Shown: one piece after another, positions 49,401 through 57,532 of the stretch
Position numbering within the stretch: the stretch's first letter is position 1
How the letters are laid out: every line of letters starts with the position of its first letter
Assembly (NCBI GenBank): GCA_965205265.1
Contig: CBDBGH010000003.1
Coordinates: 320,001-384,000, forward strand
From: Alphaproteobacteria bacterium
GTDB taxonomy: Bacteria > Pseudomonadota > Alphaproteobacteria > Bin95
Reading direction: 5' to 3'
DNA length: 64,000 bases
The notes under the pieces: generated by a model
Seen by the model: only the letters and a program-made list of their open reading frames with translations
What the model was told of the DNA's origin: nothing
The model's database searches: none
Program-made: the position numbers and the translations under genes

Positions 49401-51334
49401 GCCCGCGCCGCCTCGTCGAGCCCGAGCCAGATGCGCGCCGCCGTCTCCCCGAGCGCGCCGGCGTCCACCTCGTGCACGTCGTCCCCGAGCCGCTCGACAG
49501 CCAGCGCCGGCTCCCGGTCCAGCGCCGCATCGACCGCCGCCTTCAGTTCCGGGGTCCGCTGGCGCAGGATCTCGTCCATGACCGCAATCGGCATGCCCGC
49601 GCGCTGCAGCAGCCGGAACGGGCCGCCCGCATCCACGGCGCGGAGCTGCGCCGTGTCGCCGACCAGCGCCAGCCGCCCGACCCCGAGCGTCTCCGCGATC
49701 CGCATCAGCGCCTGCATCTGCACCGTGCCGGTCATCGACGCCTCGTCCAGCACCAGCACCGTGCCGGCGTAACGCCGCCTGAGCCTTGCCAGTTCCTCCG
49801 CGCCGATGAGCCCGTCGGCGGCGTCGCCGAAGCGGGCGAGGAACCAGGCGAGCGTGCGCGCCGGCATGCCGGCCTCCGCGCCCATGGCGCGCGCCGCGAC
49901 CGCCGTCGGCGCGAGACCGATGACCCGCTTTGCGCCCGCCAGCCGCACGACCTCGCGCAGCATCGCCGTCTTGCCCGTGCCGGCATAGCCCTGCACCCCC
50001 AGGATGCGGTCATGCGAGCAGAGGATGTGCCGCACCGCGCGCTTCTGGCCCTCCGTCAGCCCGCTTGCCGCCAGGCCCCTGTCGACGGCCGCCTCCGCGA
50101 CGGTCGGCCCGCCCTCGCCGAGACCCGCACGCATCCGCGCCACCACGTCCTTCTCGCCCCTGAGGATGCGGTCGGTGGCGAAGGACGGGTCGCGCCGCTT
50201 CTTCGCCGCCACCAGGTGGCCGTCGCGCACCAGCCCGCGCACCGCCTCCCTCAGCGCCGGCAAGCGGAAGCTGCCGGGCGAGTGGCCGAGCGCCAGCGTC
50301 TCCAGCGACCGGGCCGTGAACACCGAGCTGCGCTCCTCCAGCTGCTCCATGCCGCGCCACACCACCTCCTGTGCCGAAAGCGCCGCGCCGTCCACCGCCG
50401 TCTGATGGATGCGCCGCCGCCGGCGCCGCATGGCCTGCGCCTTCCTGCCCGGCATCCCCATCTCGCGGGCGCGCGCCGCCCACATCGCCGTCATCGCCGC
50501 GCGGTCCGGCTCCGCCTTGCGCGTTCGCGTCGCCAGCGCCGCCTGCTGGCGCCTTGAGGCCGTGTTCCTCACCCCGTGCCTCTCCACCCACTTCAGGATA
50601 TCCCGCCGGCGGGTCGAGAAGCTCCGCAGCACCGGGCGCCCGTAGCCGCGGATCTCGAAGCTCGGCACATGCCCCGCCCGGGAAGGCTCGAGCTCGTAGC
50701 CCAGCGCCGCCACACGCGCCGCCAGCTCGTTGCGGTAGAACGCCCCGATCAGCATCTCGTTCGACGCGAGCGCGCCGAGGTCCGGGCTGCGCCACTCGCC
50801 GTCGCCCGTCAGCGTCATGTTGGCGATCACCGCATGGCTGTGCAGCTGCGGGTCGAGATTGCGGTTCGCCAGATGCCGGAACACCGCCGCCACCATGCCC
50901 GGCGCGCGCACCCGCCGGTGCCGCCGCCGCTCCCGGTCCCACTGCCGGGTGAGCAGCAGCTCCTCCTCGATCCACTCCAGCGTCGCCCGCACCGCCTCGT
51001 CATGCGCGCGCACCACCCGCTTGTCGCCGTCCACAAGCGCGGCCAGCGATACCGACTTCGGCGCCGAGAAGGTCACGTCGCGGCCCGCCTCGTGCACCAG
51101 CACGCCATCCTGGACGGTCCCGAGCCGGACCCCCGCCTTCGGCGCCTCGCCCTTCATGATCTCCGCGAAGCGCTTCGGCGAGACGTGGCGCCCGAGCCCC
51201 AGCGCCGCCGCGCCCTTCCCGTGCCAGCGGCTCGCCTTGCGGTGCTCCGGGTCGCCGGCGGCATAGTAGCCGTCCTCGACGAAATAGCTCACCACCGAAC
51301 GCGCCGAGTTGATCTTCGTTACATTGGCGACCAT
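46475..51334 (-). CDS. MOBF (TrwC/TraI-like) relaxase-helicase with repetitive C-terminal extension
   Basis: SYF..DGYY, D.TFSAPKSVS, H...R.LDPQLHSH, GYAGTGKT, DEASM, GD..QL, TVHGAQG, YVELTRAR. Confidence 0.93.
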   Translation of the reverse strand: MVANVTKINSARSVVSYFVEDGYYAAGDPEHRKASRWHGKGAAALGLGRHVSPKRFAEIMKGEAPKAGVRLGTVQDGVLVHEAGRDVTFSAPKSVSLAALVDGDKRVVRAHDEAVRATLEWIEEELLLTRQWDRERRRHRRVRAPGMVAAVFRHLANRNLDPQLHSHAVIANMTLTGDGEWRSPDLGALASNEMLIGAFYRNELAARVAALGYELEPSRAGHVPSFEIRGYGRPVLRSFSTRRRDILKWVERHGVRNTASRRQQAALATRTRKAEPDRAAMTAMWAARAREMGMPGRKAQAMRRRRRRIHQTAVDGAALSAQEVVWRGMEQLEERSSVFTARSLETLALGHSPGSFRLPALREAVRGLVRDGHLVAAKKRRDPSFATDRILRGEKDVVARMRAGLGEGGPTVAEAAVDRGLAASGLTEGQKRAVRHILCSHDRILGVQGYAGTGKTAMLREVVRLAGAKRVIGLAPTAVAARAMGAEAGMPARTLAWFLARFGDAADGLIGAEELARLRRRYAGTVLVLDEASMTGTVQMQALMRIAETLGVGRLALVGDTAQLRAVDAGGPFRLLQRAGMPIAVMDEILRQRTPELKAAVDAALDREPALAVERLGDDVHEVDAGALGETAARIWLGLDEAARAETALLAPTHELRERINDTVREALAEEGVLHGRTLTIERLVSRGMTRAQKGDIRNYVEGDEVVFLHDIWGGKARAGECFAVTGIEEGRVRLEHADGRRLAIRPDGRVRYQIEVYETRTIEIRAGDRIRWTRNDPAHGLANGDRAEVVEIGPRKVSFRGEDGRAFALSRKDMQLRHLDHAWSSTVHGAQGITRDNVVAVLDSGHGALTDQATFYVELTRARDRVVVLTDNREDLMAALEAATGERVSALEAVGEDPAVGIMDREELWPQLSAWRKHEARAEEAGVLPLDMEGHGEVVARLGRLAARRNLPCPPPAAVARIFEEQQTEAARRAEVEAWLQESGRSETARGTLGGEAEAAGLPLTDMDGWREWRDAAERRAKAGRRLLDGEAYRPHVARAGGTRSGIEREAGALEAAVALDDECAALLEDWRAHDKTAAEAGIHPFHAEGYGALVARLEEIADRQGLPAATAACMTALLEEHQALVLAGQAVRNVLPSYRKMDGRRAGLLAEAESSGVPVTDLAGWKDAREEAGALMRAGKALLESRRFGVHLDRDPADRKLVERVVAAAEADMLLADALETWRTHARQAKDEGISPFDAEGTEEAMAPLRALAARDDPPAALPRDIRDLVGEHGREMQARDLVEGWRREADGIANRRSVMVDEAARKGRAVAELPEWKAWRADARKVLDRGRGLPDHPRAAVRFARLPGLRASVGESARTLGSAIGAGNAAARLLRDWNAHVAAALAAGVQPSRAEGYGDLTARLDTMAQRPGLDKASAARLSGLAGRNEREERERVRKAVAAEYKELFERAGRKPSEMPYQVGYEAFRKSLDEARGFFDPDSKRGEQLAAIASQLDEQDKLMQRLKTLSEQAGEISREALRLRGGVYWRPPDTPVHERSGFPAWRRKADRFLAEWEAVERDAAMVPHLYRSSLTRKALEVTARLCRQAEYQAPQPDKRQQRRTQTLDRSEGGGMKL

Positions 51335-51433
51335 CGCCGTCCCCGCCGCCTGCCCGGCGCCGTGCATGATGCGGTGAATTGCATGGATGGCGGCGTCGGC
51401 GCCGCCGCCGCAACCGGGGTCATGGACGAAGCC

Positions 51434-52330
51434 TCAGCCGCCGTGGCCATCGGGCAGCAGGACAGCGGTGTCCCTGGGGAGTTCGGCTCCCAGCACGCTC
51501 GCGAAATTCACGATGCCGTAGCGGTACTCCCCCATGACGCTCAACACGGACACGAACGCGGCCAGCGCAACGATCCCGGCGGCCTTCAACCCCGCACGGC
51601 ACCACTGGCGGCCATGCCTCTCCTTGCGCGCCTTCGCCCGTTCATGCGCCCCGGCGTCCAAGGACCGCAATGTCTGCCGGGACCGAAGCCAGGCGACATC
51701 CTCCGCCGTCTTGCGGATGCGCTGCCGGTCGTGGGCCGAGAACACCACGCCGTCCGGCACCGATGCCGGGGGTTCGGCCTTGCCGGAGCCCGTCCCGGCA
51801 TCCGGCGCAGGATCGGGTGGAGGCGACTCTGTCCTGGCGTCCTTGGGTGCGGGCGCCTCCAGAGAAGCCTGCGAGCCGTCCGCCGCATCGCCGGCGCCCG
51901 CCTTCCGGCCCTTGCCGGACCGCCGCGCCGGTCGCTTCCGCCTGCCGCCCTCCGGCAAGGGTCCGAAGAGCCCCATCTGGCCATCGCCCGCGTCTCTGGC
52001 GTTACGCTCGGGTTCCGCTTCCTCCCGGCCCAGGAACCGCTCGGCCTCCGGCAGCGCGCCGGCGGCATCCAGGCCGCTTAGATGCGCCACCAGGTCGAGC
52101 GCATCGCCCCGGCCGCCCGTTGCCGCTTCGGTCCACCGGCCCTGCATCGAGCCGGCCAGAAAGACGCGGAGCGTCACGGCGCCCGTCTCGCCGCGTACCT
52201 CCCAGCAATCCTCGACCCGCGACCCCGAAGGCGCGTAATGCCGGCATACCTCTTCTATGGAATTTGTCAGCCCGGCGCTTGCGGCGCGCCTGCGTTCCGC
52301 ATCCGGAACGGTCTCTTTGCGGCCCGTCAT
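51434..52330 (-). CDS. Primase-N-terminal-like domain protein with C-terminal TM helix
   Basis: EVCRHY..G..GRWTEAATG.RGD.LDL..EAERFLG; no Toprim domain; hydrophobic helix near the end. Confidence 0.55.
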   Translation of the reverse strand: MTGRKETVPDAERRRAASAGLTNSIEEVCRHYAPSGSRVEDCWEVRGETGAVTLRVFLAGSMQGRWTEAATGGRGDALDLVAHLSGLDAAGALPEAERFLGREEAEPERNARDAGDGQMGLFGPLPEGGRRKRPARRSGKGRKAGAGDAADGSQASLEAPAPKDARTESPPPDPAPDAGTGSGKAEPPASVPDGVVFSAHDRQRIRKTAEDVAWLRSRQTLRSLDAGAHERAKARKERHGRQWCRAGLKAAGIVALAAFVSVLSVMGEYRYGIVNFASVLGAELPRDTAVLLPDGHGG

Positions 52331-52737
52331 CGATATCCTCTCCCTGTCCGCCGCGCCTCCTCGACCGCGACACTGCATGGCTCACAGAATACGGAACGGA
52401 AAGCGCCCCGCCCTCTGCGCCCGTCCGGGCTTCGCCATCCTCGGATGCCGCCGTAACCGGCTCCCTGGTTCGAGGGAGCGGGCCGCTTCCCGGTTACGGC
52501 AGACAAAGCCCTGTTTCCGGGGAAAGCATGACAGACTGCCGAAACATGCCTGTCAAGAGAGATACAACCGCAAAGAGTCGTTCAGGAGAAACCCGGGACC
52601 CGAAAAGCGCCCGGAAACATGCCGGCGCACGACATGGAGCCCGGAAGTTCCGAAGGCAGAAAAATCGTTGCGCATTCTTCCCAGGGTCTGCTATTGCAGC
52701 GCGCCTTCGACAGAAAGACAGGAAAGGACGGTGCCTC

Positions 52738-53004
52738 ATGGTCGACGAGGCTTCCCTCTCGAAAGGCGAGTTGCGAAAGCTCAACGCGCTGCGCAAGTCC
52801 CTGGGCCCTGCCATTGCCGACGAGGCATTCGCCAAATGGTTCGCCCAAGCAGTTAATAATGAAACGGCAGCCGACGAAAATGCCGAGACCATCGCTGGAG
52901 CATTATGGAACCTGGTGCAGGAAGACAAGCTCACGATCCGGCGCGGCGGCTATATGGTGCGGCGTGGCCGCGGGCGCGTCATCGTCGAACCCCTCGGGAA
53001 CTGA
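52738..53004 (+). CDS. Hypothetical protein (88 aa)
   Basis: MVDEASLSKGELRKLNALRKSLG..RRGRGRVIVEP; purine-rich RBS. Confidence 0.7.
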   Translation: MVDEASLSKGELRKLNALRKSLGPAIADEAFAKWFAQAVNNETAADENAETIAGALWNLVQEDKLTIRRGGYMVRRGRGRVIVEPLGN

Positions 53005-53184
53005 CCGCCCACAACTAAATTGGCAGACTGCTTGTGAAGATCGGGGCGAGAGGCGTCCGATCATCCGACTGGCGCCGCCCGGAAGCTTTTTGGCATTGTG
53101 CAGCATCGGCGTGTGAATGACCGCAAGCGCTCGGAAACTTCGCCCGGCGGATGAAATGCCGCTCCTCGGCGAAACGATCCTGTG

Positions 53185-53610
53185 CTACCGGCGGCCGATG
53201 GCGCTGTCGTCGCCGTCCGAGCCCATGGCACGCGTAATCAGATAATCCGCGACGTCCTGGAAATAGATTTCGAGCTCGGTCTGAAGCCGGCTGAACTCTG
53301 CCCAGACCACACGGTCGAAGGACCGTTCCCGCGCGCGCACCATGACGGTAGTGCGCCGTTGCCGTGCATAGCGGAAAGGACGCAAGCCATGCTTGCGGCA
53401 GACAGCAACGAACAGCCTGACCGACCACATGTCGGGCAGCGAGAACTGGAGCTCGGTCTCCGGTCCACCATCCTCATCGGCATTGCCGAGGCGGCCGCGC
53501 AGCCGCTCCATTGCAGCCCCGGCGGCGGCCTGTTCCCCCAGGCTGCCGGCTTGGCGAAACAGCGCCTCGACCTTTGCGAGTCTCTCCCGGAGTTTTTCGT
53601 CGCCCAACAT
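53185..53610 (-). CDS. Hypothetical protein
   Basis: LRERLAKVEALF..GE..AA..QFSLPD.WS..P.RY.RQRRTTVMV; protein-like composition. Confidence 0.7.
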   Translation of the reverse strand: MLGDEKLRERLAKVEALFRQAGSLGEQAAAGAAMERLRGRLGNADEDGGPETELQFSLPDMWSVRLFVAVCRKHGLRPFRYARQRRTTVMVRARERSFDRVVWAEFSRLQTELEIYFQDVADYLITRAMGSDGDDSAIGRR

Positions 53611-53768
53611 CGCAATCCGTCCCACCGAAACGCAACAGGGCCATGACACAGGCGCCGGGCCCGGCTGTCCATGCGCAGGACCGCGGGAAACGGGCATTGC
53701 GCGGATATCGCGCAGACCGGCGCAACATGCTACTCAGGTCACGATGGAGTCGGATCGGGAGCGGGTGC

Positions 53769-54053
53769 ATGAACAAGTCCGAATTGGCTGAGCGTCTTGC
53801 CGGGCGCACAGGAAGTAGCAAGGCCGCCGCGAAGGACGCGGTCGACGGTGTGTTCGACGTGATCGCCGAGGCCCTGGCAGATGGCGAAGACGTGCGGATT
53901 ATCGGATTCGGCACCTTCGGAACCAGGGAGCGCCCGGCGCGTATCGCCCGTAACCCGCGCACGGGAGAAAATGTGCCGGTGGCGGCTTCGACCGTGCCGG
54001 TCTTCAAACCCGGCAGATCCCTCAGGAATACCGTCGCCGGCGAAGCCTCATGA
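53769..54053 (+). CDS. HU family DNA-binding protein
   Basis: MNKSEL, GFGTF, RNPRTGE, PVFKPG. Confidence 0.95.
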   Translation: MNKSELAERLAGRTGSSKAAAKDAVDGVFDVIAEALADGEDVRIIGFGTFGTRERPARIARNPRTGENVPVAASTVPVFKPGRSLRNTVAGEAS

Positions 54054-54301
54054 TCCGCCGCCAAAGGGGGAAGCGGGCCATGCCAGGACAATGAGGGTCG
54101 CGATGTTGTATCCGCGCGCTTGCGATACGATGACGGATGCCACCGCATTCCTGTCCGTCCGGTGTCGAGAAGCCAGGAAGAAGGCGGACTTCGGCAGCCT
54201 CAAGGCGCCCCGCCCCGATTGCCGCGACAGAACCGGCAGAAACGTGTATGTCGCAAACGGAGTCCTGTCGAACACGTTGGTCGCAAGCATATAGGTAAGG
54301 T

Positions 54302-54573
54302 TCAGCTGGACAGTGTGAGCCGTTGAACTTCGTTGTTGAAGGTTTCTGTAACCGCCGTACCTTCTGCTTCGGGCAGCCACTTTACCATATTCGGAACAAT
54401 TTTTTCCACATACGGATATCGCGTTCCGAAAAAGGCATAGTCTCTGAGCTACTAAGTTTACGGAGTAGAATATTCAATCGTGATCTGATGGCGTCGATGT
54501 CTGGTGTAGAGGAACGCTTTGGCGGTGTCATTTTGCCTTCGCCGAAAAGACTCTGTTGACCATCAACCGTCAT
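54302..54573 (-). pseudogene. Small hypothetical gene frameshifted at an A6 run
   Basis: Adding one A restores ..MWKKIVPNMVKWLPEAEG..FNNEVQRLTLSS*. Confidence 0.5.
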
Positions 54574-55585
54574 CTATCTCATCTCCTGCGTCCCGTGGCC
54601 AAAGCACATTGCGCGTGAGCGGTGTATCGAGTGCCCGTGCCAGGATGGTATCGGCCTGGTCGAACAGGTCAATTAAACAGGCGATTCGGGCACAAACGTT
54701 TTGAAACTCTTGGAAGAGTTCGAGATTGACTGGCAGGCCCTTGCGGCCTTCAAGCCAACGCTGAAGTACAGAGTATCCGCTGACCTCGAAATCCCAAAGA
54801 TTCTCGGGCAATCCTGTAACAGTGCCGGTTCCATCTGCAGACAGGTTGAGTGTCGTTCCTTGAGGTTCCTCAACGTGCAACAGGGCTCCGACGCTCGGAG
54901 TGGTCGCGAGTTGGACGAATGACAGGTCATCCAATGCTGGAGGTGTCTGTGCAAACGTCTCGATCTCGCGAATCCGCGCACCGAGCACGGCCGCCTGGTC
55001 GAAAACCGCATGGTCAGCAGGCAAGGGAATATGCGGAAATTCGTCCTCAAGGTCTTCGGCAAATCGCAGCGTGTAGCTTGATGCTGAGCCAAGGCAGAGT
55101 ATTGCATCGAAGACGTTTTCGGCTATGACGGCGGTACCATAGACTGCCGTCAAGCTGTCGACGAGATCGACCGAGAGGTTCGACGCCGCGCGAGCTGGAC
55201 GGCGGTCGTAAAGGGGAAAAGCATAACCGCCGTAGCTGCCCCGGAAACTGTGGTAGTCAGGCAGCAGAGCGTGGCACCAGACAGCAGGCCCGGCTCCGAT
55301 GCCGCGGGGAAGCGTGTACAGCGCGGCGTTGGTTTCACCCCATACTTGCTGGAGTCGGGGGCGAAGACGGTCTCCGTACTGGTGTTGCAAGTATATGAAT
55401 CGGCGATCAAGCGGACGATAAGCTGCTTCCCGAATTGCTTCCGGATCGAATGGAACGGTGCGCGCGGATCTGGCGGTCCTGTAGCCGGTGTCATGGAACA
55501 TTTCCCGTGCAGCTTCGTCTGTTGCATCGAGGAACGCTTCAATCCGACGGCGTAGGCGTTCGGGGCTTGTGTGTGCAGACGGCCC
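54563..55585 (-). pseudogene. Type ISP restriction-modification C-terminal (specificity) fragment
   Basis: AYRPLDRR, DRLRP.L, LPDYHSF.GSYGGYAFPL, W.F.VSGY.VL.RWL..R; 5' part missing. Confidence 0.7.
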
Positions 55586-55597
55586 GGAGGCCCGCAG

Positions 55598-56581
55598 ATG
55601 TTTCTCGAACCCCCGTTCAACGCTTCGGAGGCGCAGGATCGAGACCGGGACCCCATGCTCGCGGAGCAGTTGGCACAGTTCGTCCGGGCGGCAAGCGGCG
55701 CGTTCTCAGGCAATACCGAGCGGGCGCTCAGGTCCGATCTCGCCATCTACGCCGAGTGGTGTGCGGAGCGAGGACAGCGGGCGCTGCCGGCAAAGCCCGA
55801 GACCGTCGCCGCTTTCGTCGACGCCAAGGCGGAACTGCGCGCGCCCGCCACGGTGCGCCGCTACGTCACCAGCCTCGTCATCGCCCACCGGGCGCTCGGG
55901 CTGGAGAAAACGATCAAGAGCCCGCCGGTTCAGCTCGCGCTCAAGCGCATGCACCGGAAGAAGGGACGGCGCCAGGATCAGGCGACGGGACTGACCTGGC
56001 CGCTGCGCCAGCGCCTGCTGGAGGCTGCGGACGGCCGGCTGATCGACGACCGCAACCGCGCGCTGCTCGCCGTCGCCTACGACGCGATGCTGCGTCGGGC
56101 CGAACTGACCTCATTGGAAGTCACTGACCTGCTTGAGGAAGTGCAGGGCGACGGCAGCCTGCTGGTGCGCCGCTCCAAGACCGACAGCGAGGGCCGGGGC
56201 GAGATCGTCTGGGTCGGCCGGGACACCGTCCGGCTGGTGCGGGTATGGCTCGACCGAGCCGGGATCGCGGAAGGCAAGCTGTTCCGCTCGGTTGGCAAGG
56301 GAGGACGGATCGGCGAGCGGCTCCATCCCTGCCAGGTGCCGCGCATCTTCAAGACCATGGCGCGCGAGGCTGGCCTGCCGGACGCGGTGGCCTCAGGCCT
56401 CTCCGGGCACAGCGCCCGGGTCGGCGCGGCCCAGGACATGGTCGCCGCCGGCATCGAGCTGCCGGCGATCCTCCACGCCGGGCGCTGGAAGTCGACTGCG
56501 ATGGTGAACCGCTACAGCGAGCGGCTGCTGGCGCGGCGCAGCGGTGCGGCGCAACTGGCCCGGATGCAGCAGCGGGGCTGA
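55598..56581 (+). CDS. Cre-like tyrosine recombinase
   Basis: NT.RA.RSD...Y..WC, AT..RY, LRRAEL (R), RSKTD (K), GHSARVG (HxxR), GRW, MVNRY (Y). Confidence 0.9.
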   Translation: MFLEPPFNASEAQDRDRDPMLAEQLAQFVRAASGAFSGNTERALRSDLAIYAEWCAERGQRALPAKPETVAAFVDAKAELRAPATVRRYVTSLVIAHRALGLEKTIKSPPVQLALKRMHRKKGRRQDQATGLTWPLRQRLLEAADGRLIDDRNRALLAVAYDAMLRRAELTSLEVTDLLEEVQGDGSLLVRRSKTDSEGRGEIVWVGRDTVRLVRVWLDRAGIAEGKLFRSVGKGGRIGERLHPCQVPRIFKTMAREAGLPDAVASGLSGHSARVGAAQDMVAAGIELPAILHAGRWKSTAMVNRYSERLLARRSGAAQLARMQQRG

Positions 56582-56887
56582 GCGGCACCGGGGGCATGCG
56601 AACGAAGCCGTTGGGCTATGATGGCGCGACCTTCGACGCGGGATTCTGCAGCACAAATACGGCCGGAACCCGGGCCGCGCGCCTCATGGGCGCAAATTCA
56701 GAAAATGCTATCGAGCGCAATAATTGGCACCGTCAGCGGGCCGGGCTTCCTGCCGGTATGGCCTGCACGGGGCCGGCAGATCCTGGAAAAATCGCTATAA
56801 TTCAACGAGATGTCAGCAGTTGGAGGTGGGATTCCGTGGTCTGTCGCGGATGCGGTGGGCTGCCGGTGCGAGTACGATATTGACAAT

Positions 56888-56921
56888 ATTGCGCGCGATA
56901 GCGACAGCTATCGCGCGTAAT
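56888..56921. other. lox-like recombination site candidate (13-8-13)
   Basis: ATTGCGCGCGATA-GCGACAGC-TATCGCGCGTAAT; arms 12/13 complementary. Confidence 0.55.
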
Positions 56922-57532
56922 CCGGAGCCGGAGCGAGCGGCTCCGCGCCGCCTGGCAAGCCGCCCAAGAGGTTGATATTTCGGGCATTTCGGACGCCGCA
57001 GGGAGCTTCCGGTTCCCGGAGGTCCGTTCCGCCGCCTGATATCCCCGATATCGTGAACCTGAGACGATCATTGCCCGGTTTCCCGCGTCTCGACAGAGGC
57101 GTGTCCCCGCAGGATGCGCTACGGCATCGGGCGGGACCGCGGTCGCCGGCATGCAGCTGCGGCCCCGGACCCTGCGTTCTCCCTTCTCCCCATTCTCCCT
57201 GTTAGCGGGCCAGACCCTGCAGGGATAATGCCCATCGCCAGAACATTCATGCGCGGGCGGCATGCCCTGTAGCCAGCACGGATCGGTAAGTGCCGCAGCC
57301 GGACGAGGATGATCGCATCAGGGTGACACGGCCCGAGCGGCACCGGCGCATTCATGCCCCGGTGGCATGGATTCGGACGCGGAGGGCATTTTCTTTCCTG
57401 CTGTCAACGGATTAATCGACCTCCCTCAGCATGCCGGGACGGCGACACCGCGAGCCGTAGCGCTTCGCGGGCGGAATCCGTGCCTCCCACCGGACGCGAT
57501 GCGCGCGCGGCGTGCATCGAGGGAAAGACGCC

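Noticed and set aside
42165-57052. 14/17 inverted match between 42165-42181 and 57036-57052
   Set aside because: Short and imperfect; plausible by chance and not at clear element ends
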